A stretch of 64,000 bases of DNA from Schmidtea polychroa (taxonomy: Eukaryota), in the NCBI GenBank assembly GCA_044892525.1, contig CM097885.1:16370001-16434000 (forward strand). Direction: 5' to 3'. Shown here piece after piece: positions 39,601-62,180 of the stretch. Each line of letters begins with the position of its first letter. Within the stretch, counting starts at the first letter, position 1. Position numbers and translations under genes: made by a program. The notes under the pieces are model-generated. The model worked only from the letters and a program-made list of their open reading frames with translations, ran no database searches and was not told the DNA's origin.

Positions 39601-41867
39601 CATTCAAGGAGTCATTGCTGAAGCAGACACCCAAGCCCGCACAGATCCCAGTTGGCAAATCGATCTGGGATATGATTCCCAGCGATGTTCCTGTACATAA
39701 TAAGGTGGTGGTGCCAGCCGCGGTGGTAACGGCCGAGTGCAATTCTAAACCACAGAACCACAAAATAAACGAAGTAAAATGGTTATATATTTATGGGGAA
39801 TGGAATTGTAATATGAAATAGCCATCGATCAATCCGGTTCATAGACAGCAGCAGCGACAACATCAAGCGCCAGTTGCGTCTAATTATAAGCAAGAAATCG
39901 GATCAGTGGATCAGCTGACTAAATGGTGCTTGAAAAGGCTCGCTAAATTCTCCGAAGAGTTCGAATTAAATACTGTGATCGAGTTATTAAAGGAGGTGCC
40001 AAATGAGGAGGTAATGGGTGTCGAGGGGTTGCGATTCGATTTGATTATGGATTTCCTTCTCTAGGTTATGGAAATGGCTATCCAGTTGCTGGGCGATTCT
40101 AAGTTCACCTGCAATTTTGTATTGGAATTTATCGCTAAACGCCAGGAGCTTTCTGACTATCAAGCAGCGGACACTTGGCAGGTTAGCTATCGATTTTCAC
40201 TATTATATCATTTTTATTTAATCAAATATTTTATTATTATTTGTATTTATTAACTATTAATTTCTATGACATTTTATTATTTTATTTTTGTTAATTTTTT
40301 TGTAAGTATTATTTTAAATATTATTAGTTTTTATGTATTTTTATTTATCAATTTCATCTAATTATTTTTTTGTTAATATTTATTTTTTAATATTTTTTAT
40401 TATTTGATTATTTTTATATATTATTTTTAATTTTTATTATTTTTAATTTTTATTATATTTTATTTATTATTATTAAGACTAAAAATTCCATTAATTTTTA
40501 ATTATTACATTATTATTAATAATAACTTTTAATTTTAATTATTTTTAATTAATTATTTTTTATATATTTTATTAATTATTATTATTAAGTCTGAAAATTT
40601 TCAATTCCAATATTTTACTATTATTTAATTTTCTTAAATAATTGTTTTTATTTACTCACATTTTATTAATCATTACTATTAATGTTTTTTTAATTATTTT
40701 AAATATTATTAGTTTTTATATATTTTTATTTATCAATATCATCTAACTATTAAATTTTTTTAATATTTATTTTAATAATATTTATTATTAAGATTTGAAA
40801 AAATCGATTTCATTATTACTTTATTCATTTCATTATTTAATGAATTAGTATTAAAATATATAATTTTTTTTAAATATTATTTTTAAGACTAAAAATTCCA
40901 TTATTTTTTAATAATTACATTTTTATTATTATTATTAACTTTTTAATTATTATCATTTAATTTTTGTTCGTCATTTTTTTAATTATTTTTAAAATATTTT
41001 ATTTTCTATTAATTATTATTATTAAGACTGAAAATTTTCAATTCCAATATTTTACTATTATTTAATTTTCTTAAATAATTGTTTTTATTTAATCACAATT
41101 TATTAATCATTACTATTAATGTTTTTTTAATTATTTTAAATATTATTAGTTTTTATGTATTTTTATTTATCAATTTCATCTAATTATTATTTTGTTAATA
41201 TTTATTTTTTAATAATATTTTTTATTGATTATTTTTATATATTATTTTTAAATTTTATTATATTTTATTTATTATTAATTAACCTTATTAAGACTAAAAA
41301 TTCCATTATCATTTAATTTTTTTTCGTAATTTTAATTTTTTTAATTAATTATTTTTAATATATTTTATTAATTATTATTATTAAGACTGAAAATTTTCAA
41401 TTCCAATATTTTACTATTATTTAATTTTCTTAAATAATTGTTTTTATTTACTCACATTTTATTAATCATTACTATTTATGTTTTTTTTAAATTTTTTAAA
41501 TATTATTAGTTTTTATGTATTTTTATTAATATATTTTATTTTATTATAAATTTTTAATTATTTTTATATATTATTTTAATTATATTTTATTAATTATTAA
41601 TATTAATTTTTTTGTAAGTATTATTTTAAATTTTATTAAAATTAATTAATTATTTTTAATATATTTTACATTAATTTTCGCTCATAATTAATTTTATTTA
41701 ATAATATTTTATTTATTTTTTTTATTTAACTAATTATTAATATTATTATTAAGACTGTGAAAAAACCAATTCCTACTCCACCACCAGCTGTCAACAATTC
41801 AAAAACTAAATCTGGAAAGTCCAGATCTAAAAAGAAAATGGTTGTCATCGAAGCGAAATTCAGATGA
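23720..41867 (+). CDS. GIGYF: GIGYF-like (GRB10-interacting GYF protein family) multi-exon gene
   Basis: Exons 23720-23923, 23967-24341, 24388-24468, 27818-27967, (28001-28027 uncertain), 30297-30653, 34462-34973, 35022-35163, 37198-37371, 38263-38562, 38620-38787, 39361-39513, 39600-39773, 39822-40010, 40065-40181, 41754-41867, all phase-compatible. GYF domain WFYRDLSNIERGPFPSEDMANWLATGYF; coiled coil; KSLLQIQAEE motif; C-terminal LTKWC...LLGD...FVLEFIAKR. Confidence 0.88.
25337..26934. repeat. 23-bp tandem satellite (GCATTTTTTGATGGATTTTAGGA)n in a GIGYF intron
   Basis: Roughly 60 near-perfect units to ~26750, then a duplicated ~70-bp spacer, then about 5 more units. Degenerate 21-22-bp units continue at 27026-27175. 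Confidence 0.97.
29405..29715. mobile_element. Older hAT MITE
   Basis: Ends CAGTGGTGCCCA / TGGACATCATTG; TSD CTTTATAC / CTTTATGA (6 of 8 match). Confidence 0.6.
30715..31375. repeat. Unclassified interspersed repeat; inverted copy of the family at 50.6-53.6 kb
   Basis: 30715-31035 matches the reverse complement of ~53140-53490 (e.g. TTATCACCATTGATCCACTATAGAATTAT, GTTGACTGACTTCTCATTTG). Confidence 0.8.
31392..33370 (-). mobile_element. Internally deleted hATm-type DNA transposon
   Basis: 16-bp TIR TAGGGTGGAGTGAAAA; perfect 8-bp TSD ATATATAA. Transposase pieces GCDGTATNTG, QWFVCQLHANELPLRHLF, DLSTDQKYL, HPENLLLAML, PCHTQAVER, RDGFIR. Deletion junction at ~32783 and a frame break at ~32400. 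Confidence 0.9.
35502..35969. mobile_element. hAT (Charlie/SPIN-like) non-autonomous element
   Basis: Ends CAAGGGTATGGAACCT / AGGTTTCCCATACCTG with GCGGCCC subterminal motifs; TSD not evident. Confidence 0.6.
36277..36508. mobile_element. piggyBac-type MITE
   Basis: TTAA|CCCTTTCGC ... GCGAAAGGG|TTAA. Confidence 0.85.
39060..39320. repeat. ~19-bp intronic minisatellite (AATAATAATTCATTATTCC)n
   Basis: Visible tandem units between GIGYF exons. Confidence 0.85.
40200..41750. repeat. Extremely AT-rich last GIGYF intron with internal duplications
   Basis: Block AAG(A/T)CTGAAAATTTTCAATTCCAATATTTTACTATTATTTAATTTTCTTAAATAATTG recurs at ~40587, ~41024 and ~41383. Confidence 0.85.
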
Positions 41868-43049
41868 GGGGCTGCCGGAGAGAATGATATGATATATAAT
41901 ATATAATATAATATGATATGTGTTTGTGTGGATTTATTGAAGCCATTTGGCCTGTGATGTATATGTATATATGGTTGTAATGATCTGTGCTTGTAATAAC
42001 TATTAATATTATGATGATGATGATGATGATTAGCAACGGTAATAGCAACACATCGGTATCACCCATCACTGGTATGGACAGCAGCGCCTTTTAGCACTGG
42101 GATATATTTACACCATCATCTAGCAGCGGTACGTGTACATATATATGTATCTATGCTCCTCCCTGGTTACCATGATATTATCATTATTATTAATAATTAT
42201 ATACATTTTTAATTGAACTAAATAGAATTTTAATATTTTTGATTTGTACTGTTTTTATTGCCCTTTCTATATATTATTATTATTATTATTATCACATTTT
42301 GTGTCGGTGATACACAATTCTATTGGATGATGCGATTGGATCTGTACAAATGCCGCGTATATTTTAAACGATTATTTAAGCTTACAATTTGTAAATAAAC
42401 GTTTCTTCTGTATTTTTTGATTTTTGTTGGTTTTAGAATTTTTTAATGTTTGCTTGACAGTCGCACGAGTTACATGAAACAGACTGTTATGTTTATGAAA
42501 TCAATGTACTTTACAGGAATTAAATAATTAATATGGAAGAGTTACCGATTCTCTGACTTATTTCTATCCGGTTTATTGCCAAAGTTTCACGTAAAGCTTT
42601 TTGGATTCCTACTACAATACTAGAGTGTAAAATATAGTTTACCTGAAACCTACCAGTACTATTATGATTATTCCCACTTTCATAACTATCATATTTGTAT
42701 GATTACAATCAGTGTTATTTAGTCGTTCTATTGTGGCTGTGGTTCCGATTTATATCATAATTGATTTCTGCCATTTATATCTTTATTATATTAATAACAT
42801 CTATATCGCTATTATAATTGTGATATGTTATATATATATGTGATATTATAATTGCTCTCATCATTAAATAGAGTCGTATATAAAATAGCAATGTTTGCGT
42901 GTAAAGCAAACTTTGTGTAAATCGCATTTTTGCTGTCGGGGTTATTAAATTTTGAAAAAACGTGGCGCTCTCATAAGGATCTAAAAATTATATGGCAAAG
43001 TGTGATCTAGGTGTTTTTTTAGATTTTCTAGTTAATATTCCTATTTAAA

Positions 43050-44150
43050 AACCCTAATTTCCAAGCTAAATGTTACATTTAAGAAACTGTCCTACCAGAT
43101 TGTCGGTGTTTACCATTCTATGCCTCCAATTCTATAATGGAAACAGAGTAACAATAATGTGATAATTCTTAATTTATCTGATTAATAACGTTTAAAAATA
43201 AAGTTCTTATTTCAGCTGAAAAGACCTAATTGGGTCATATATAGGAATCCTATATTATAGAATGTTGTTTAAATACAGTCATCACTTACCTCCCAGCAGT
43301 GGTGTAGTAGAACCTGTTTAAACAACTCAAGTTCCATTGCCCCAACCAGTTTCCGTAGTACCAGTACGGCTCCATCTCCGGCAAATTGAAATCAATACGC
43401 CCGATGGCTAGCCGAGTTAGCCGCTATTAACTCTCCAAATAATCCAAATAATCTTCAACAAGTATAACCCAATCCACCGTCACACAGGCCCAGGAGCCTT
43501 ATATTTTCTTTAATGCTGATTTAGACGACTCAAATTTCAGACTTGATGTAATTCTGTAACTCTATGGATTCTTATTAGACTTGTACAACATCAGAAATTA
43601 AATAAATGTTTCGTTATAAATATGTTGTAATTTTCCTTTTTTTAGTTATTATTGTAGTTAGAAAAAAAGATCTTCTAGGTTACGAAGTTTTGGATACATA
43701 GAAGTCAGTTGAGGAGATATGTGAGGGAATTAAAGGTTCTCCAGTCGTTCTGACTCAATGCTGCAAAGAAAGCTTTGTAGAGTAAATGTATTATATGTGT
43801 TGATTCTTTCTCTCTCACAAGATAAGTAGACTTTAGCATAATGTATCGCCGATTCAGAAATTGGATAATCAATTTAGACATAATACCTTCTAATGGCAGT
43901 CCTGATCTTTGGGACATGTGTGAGTTGACCAGTCGGATCACCCATGCATTCTGCCACTTTATACAGTACCAAAGCATCTCATCCACGCTGGTATACAGTT
44001 GGTTATTTGTTTGGCGTTTTAGGCTTTACCGCGGAATTAAGTAATTTTACCCCAGCGATAACGCCGTTGGAAAATGGAACTTCTTCTGAGCCGAGTTAGG
44101 TAATATCCCCTAGAACGCAAACACTTGGGTCTCTAGATATTTCTATACAA
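43050..44150 (-). mobile_element. Possible decayed LINE retrotransposon fragment
   Basis: Higher-complexity sequence with a KAPGP motif (~43490) typical of the start of LINE RT, and a weak WGA-like trace. No long ORF. Confidence 0.35.
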
Positions 44151-44523
44151 AAAGCCTTTGCTCCAGAAGACTTTTTTTCACACTATAGTGTGAGGGGGTG
44201 TCTTTGACCGTATAGATTTTTAAACACAAAATCCAGGTCTCGTTAAAAAGCCAAGGTATTTTAAGATCCCAGGATTTTTTGTACATAGAATTTATGGTCA
44301 TTATTTTGATGAATCGATGGCCAAGTGAAATTTTGGCAATTATTTAAAATTAAAGTAAATTAAGGTAATATTTTAAAAATTAGTAGTAGATTTTGAATTT
44401 TGGTCAAATATTTTGATGAATCGATGTAAATCTTTGGTAATAATTTTAAATTAAGTAAAATATGTGAAATTAATATTTAAAAACTGATACATTGAGGAAA
44501 TAATTTTAAATTAAGTACATTAA

Positions 44524-44746
44524 CCCTTTAACCACTGAAATTGAAATATTCAATTAGCAAATATTCAACCAAACTGACGTATCATGAGCAAACCACGCGA
44601 TCGAGCGTGTTCAAACCTGTTTCTTGTGGTGGGGAGTATCACAGACGAAAGACGGTCTTAGTTGTTAGAGCGCAAAGAATTTTTCAATTTAAACTGAATG
44701 ATGATTTTATGATGACCGTCTGTAGACGATTTTAGTGGTTAAAGGG
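44524..44746. mobile_element. piggyBac-type MITE
   Basis: TTAA|CCCTTTAACCACT ... AGTGGTTAAAGGG|TTAA (13-bp perfect TIR). Confidence 0.9.
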
Positions 44747-44824
44747 TTAAGTAAATTAAAGTAAGGCAATATTTTAAAAATAAGTAATAGATTTTAAATA
44801 AATAAAGTAACATTTTAAAATTAA

Positions 44825-45133
44825 CCACTTGCGCTATGATTTAATTTTCGGTAGCTGAGCCGCGCTCTACTATATAAAGTATCATAAGGCATCGACGCCT
44901 CACCGCGTCAGCGAGCTCAGAGGTTTGACCAGTGCTTAGCGCGAGGTTAGGGTCTTACATAAAAGATTTACACGAATATAAATAATTATTCACAACAACA
45001 ATAAATTTTATTAATCAATAGTCTACTTTTGTTTTTCTTTTTGGACAAATACTATCGACGTGATATACACGTCACTTGCAGTTCTGAAAAAATTCATCAA
45101 GACGTGCCTGGCACGTCAATATAGTGCAAGTAG
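44825..45133. mobile_element. piggyBac-type MITE (second family)
   Basis: TTAA|CCACTTGCGCTAT ... ATAGTGCAAGTAG|TTAA. Confidence 0.8.
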
Positions 45134-45788
45134 TTAAAGTAAATTAGTGTAATAATTTAAAATAAGTAAATTAAAGTAATAATTTAAAATTTATTGTCAG
45201 ATATTTAGAAAAACTAATAGCCACTGGGAATTTTAAAAAGGTAAATAAATTTAAATGCAAACAATATGAAATAATTTTTTGGTAATAATTATAATAATAA
45301 TAGTAATCATAATAATTCAACAAAGTACTTACAACCAAGTACTAACAACTAGATACCAACTACCAAGTATTTACAATTAAATAAAGATACACAGTCTATT
45401 TATCACACATAAGCTCTTCTTTATTAAGCAAGTAGAATTTCTTCTTATACACCTAAAAAGGCGAGTAAACTTTACATGATCCGTACAGACCACACAATCA
45501 TTTTGGCATTTCAATCTAGATTCTTATGCAGATTCGTAATGGATACGAATAATTTCCTCGGTGTTCATTCCTCTCAACTGTTTTATTCTATTAGCCAACA
45601 GTTCTGGATCACAATATGAGAGACGGTTCATCATATTTGGAAACAGCTCTTCCATCTTCAATAATACTGTTTGAAAGATATAAGCTTGTTGCTCATCAAT
45701 CATTTTTGAATTTTTGGTTTTGTCAATAATTCAAAGATTTAAACATAATTAATTAACTAATTAATTAACTTAATGAAAATTCTAAAAT

Positions 45789-46226
45789 TTATTCGTTGGT
45801 TGTAGGATATAAAATCATTGATTTTATAAAATTCTGAATTTCTTGAATTTGGTTGAAACAATCTAAAGTTTTAATTCCTAATATTACAACTTTGCTACTT
45901 GTAAACACGTTGACACTTAATGGATTGTACTTGAGATGTCGTAAAGCTGGAAATATTTGAGGTTCATAGTACCTATTGTTTTTCATCAACAAGACATTCA
46001 GATAAATGGAAGTACCAATATCTATGGTTACTGTAATAGATTGGATTTATAAGTCTTGAATCTTATGCTTGAGATCTTCTTTTTGTAATGGTGTTTTACA
46101 TCCCATTACCTTGCATTTCCCGTTCTTAAAGAATGAAATAGAATATTTTCCGCTTCTGTTCACATCATGTTGTGATTTACCTGTCGCGAACTTCTTTCCA
46201 TTTACTAAACATCTTCTATTATAATC
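45789..46226 (-). pseudogene. Intronless TATA-binding-protein-like gene, probably virus/Polinton-borne, with one in-frame stop
   Basis: Single frame reads ...YSISFFKNGKCKVMGCKT...DL*IQSITVTIDIGTSIYLNVL...YYEPQIFPAL...PLSVNVFTSSKVVILGIKT. This matches both TBP repeats (IFSSGKMVCTGAK; KIQNMVGSCD...YEPELFPGL...IFVSGKVVLTGAK). TAA at 46049-46047; start not identified. Confidence 0.75.
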
Positions 46227-46287
46227 TTCTTATCACTTTTGATATTATTCTAATTATAAACAAATAAAATAAAATAATTTAAATAAA

Positions 46288-46770
46288 ATGGAATTAAGAA
46301 ATGATGCAGCATATCAAATTGTAGGACAGTGTGGTAGTAGGAAAACTTTATTCGTATGTAATTTATTACAATCAAACATGTTTAAATCAAAATTTAATAA
46401 AATTTATTGGCATAGAGGTGTAGATGAAGAGCATTGCTTGACTCAAAACAGTTTCTGCAAATTAAAAGTGACAATAATTAAAAGATTTTATAAAAATTGG
46501 TCATCTAGATTACGTCAAGATGATGTTATTATAATCGATGATTTGTATCAGGAAGCAAATAAAGGCAAGAATATTAATAATTTATTTACAAAAATCAGTA
46601 GACATTGTGTGGTTACAATTATTTTCGAAGTATAAAACTTTTTTCATCAAGGTGGAAGTCTTAGAAAGCGTAATTTAAATGTTCAATATTTGATTATTTT
46701 CAAAATTCCTAGAAGTTAAATAATTATGGATTTTTTTGCAAGACAAGTTTATCCTAATAATAGAAAGTAC
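46288..46770 (+). pseudogene. Decayed A32/FtsK-HerA-type DNA-packaging ATPase of Polinton/Maverick type
   Basis: Walker A IVGQCGSRKT, Walker B VIIIDD, NLFTKISRH. The frame continues through two TAA stops as V*NFFHQGGSLRKRNLNVQYLIIFKIPRS*IIMDFFARQVYP, then is truncated. Confidence 0.85.
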
Positions 46771-46949
46771 TGTACGAGTGCATATGTGTAATGTGCAATA
46801 AATAAGGGATATTTGAAACAATATTTAAGAATCTAAATTTTTATAAAACTATGCAGCTCAAATCGGCTTTAAAAATAGGACCCCCCTAACTCAAAGAAGA
46901 TTATTCAGAGTTCCTGCGACGGAATTTCTGCGATCAATAGCTCATTTTG

Positions 46950-47750
46950 AATGATTTTGATCAGGTTACCCAAATGTTTACTAATGATCCAACGTATTTC
47001 AAGTGTATTTCATGGGTCATTTTGAGGGGGTTTTATGGACGGTCAATTCAAGGTTTATATAACAGCGCAGGTATACTCTTAATCAATCTGTATATGTATA
47101 ATAATCAACAAATGCGCGTGCTAGAACGATAAACTTAATATGAATTGAAAATTTTATTAATAGTGCTAGTAATCAGTTCAATATTTGAAATATATTATAA
47201 ATAAATAATTGAAAACAAAACAATTGTTGTATCTTTTCAAGAATGAGATGAAACGGGTTGTATTTTTTAAATACTGTCGTGCTTTTGGATCTTTTGGATA
47301 GAGGAGATAAACCGCGATGGTTTAAAGCTCCTTCAGTAAGACTATCATAAAGAATGGAAAATTTAGAAACTAAATATGAACTGATATGAAACTCTGATAA
47401 AATTTTCATTCACCTAATGTCACTTGTTGTTGTTGCTGTTAGACAAGGCGATTTTACTATTTTTAAAGTAAAAAGTTGATGGTTATATGTCCCTATCCTA
47501 GTCTGTGGCACTTTGTAAACTACGCTGTTATTGTAGCTGTCTAAAATGACTGGTGATCTATCTCAGTGGCCGGCAATTTAACTCCATTAGCCCTCAAAGT
47601 CGGTTTATTACTTAAAAGACTTTAACACTTTCCCATTCACTATAACCTAGACCCATAGTCTCATCTATAAATTTTCTTATAAACAAATCGAAACTCCTTG
47701 AACATAAAAATTGAGCAGGATCGTAATTCGAACAGTGTAGAAGGCTGTCT
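46950..47750 (+). mobile_element. Heavily decayed Tigger/pogo-like transposase remnant
   Basis: DETG motif at ~47247 and faint downstream traces; many stops; boundaries approximate. Confidence 0.35.
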
Positions 47751-48791
47751 CTAATCATTGCCTGCAAAAGAGTATCAACCTTACAGTGCTTAAGATAAAT
47801 CTTTTATTTTGTACAATTAAAGGTTTCTGGATTTCATTATTTATAAATATCAAATTGTTCATATTTATATGTAAAATTTTCAAAAAGCAAACAAATCTGA
47901 AAAATATCAGTGATATATATTTTCTTTTTTTGAAGGATAAATAGACAAAATAAAAAAATACAGACAAATAATACTCACAAAATATATCAGTCAATAGTTA
48001 GCCTATCATCTTCTGATTCTTAATTAGCTTCATTATTTCTAAATGCAGACATTTACTCAGTATATATTGTTCACGATTTTGCAATATTTGTTTAATTTCA
48101 ATAATTTAATTTTTTAGTTATCTAACAATTATGCAGATTGATCTCATAAAAATTTCAACACCCCAAAACAGAACACAAACAATTCTATTTACATATACAA
48201 AATTGTATCCATTGAAGTTGCGAACATCTTGATGACAAAGAAATCCTAAAATTACTGAGTCCTCTGAGAATATTTACATACCATAATTGAAGCCTCGAAA
48301 GTCGAAGTATTATCTTACAATAGTAGGTAAAGGATAGGCCAGTGAGCTACAAGGTTTTTTTCAATTGCTCCAGTCGGCTACAGTGTATTTTTCAAAATTA
48401 CACTATAGTAATGGAGTATTTTTGACCTCTGGGATTTTTGCATACAAAATTCAGCTCTCGTTTAAAAGCTAAAGTATTTTTTTGGTCCTTAGATTTTTGT
48501 ATATGAATTTTTTTAGATATTTAGAAAATTCATTGACTAGAAATTAAGATAATATTTAATAATAAGTAAATTAAAGTAAATTAAAGTAATAACTTAAAAT
48601 TTATGGTATGATATTTTAAAGAATCGAGGTCTTAAAGTAATAATTCAAAATAAGTAATATATTTTAATTAAATTTTTTACAAATAAGATGTTGTTTAAAA
48701 TCTTTAACGTATAGTTTAAATTCAAAATTTGAAATTATTCTTTTTGAAAATTATTTTCACGAACCAGTTTTCAATGAATGTTTAAATTATT

Positions 48792-61804
<13,013 letters not shown>

Positions 61805-61881
61805 TGTAATAATAAAGATTAATTTGTAAATTTATTTTTGAATTGTATTTTTTTGCAAATAAATTCTATTATTGATTATAT

Positions 61882-62180
61882 CGATTTTATTGGGTTAGGG
61901 TGTTTATATTGATTTTATTGGGTTAGGGTGTTTATATTGATTTTATTGGGTTAGGGTGTTTATATTGATTTTATTGGGTTAGGGTGTTTATATCGATTTT
62001 ATTGGGTTAGGGTGTTTTATTGATTTTATCGAGTTAGGGTGTTTATATTGATTTTATTGGGTTAGGGTGTTTATATCGATTTTATTAAGTTAGGGTGTTT
62101 ATATCGATTTTATTGGGTTAGGGTGTTTATATCGATTTTATTGGGTTAGGGTGTTTATATTGATTTTATTGGGTTAGGAT
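61882..62180. repeat. 28-bp minisatellite containing GGGTTAGGG
   Basis: (GATTTTATTGGGTTAGGGTGTTTATAT[T/C]) about 10 copies; degenerate copies continue to ~62530. Confidence 0.92.

Noticed and set aside
61882..62180. Chromosome end or true telomere
   Set aside because: TTAGGG occurs once per 28-bp unit, not as a tandem hexamer array, and complex sequence continues beyond it.
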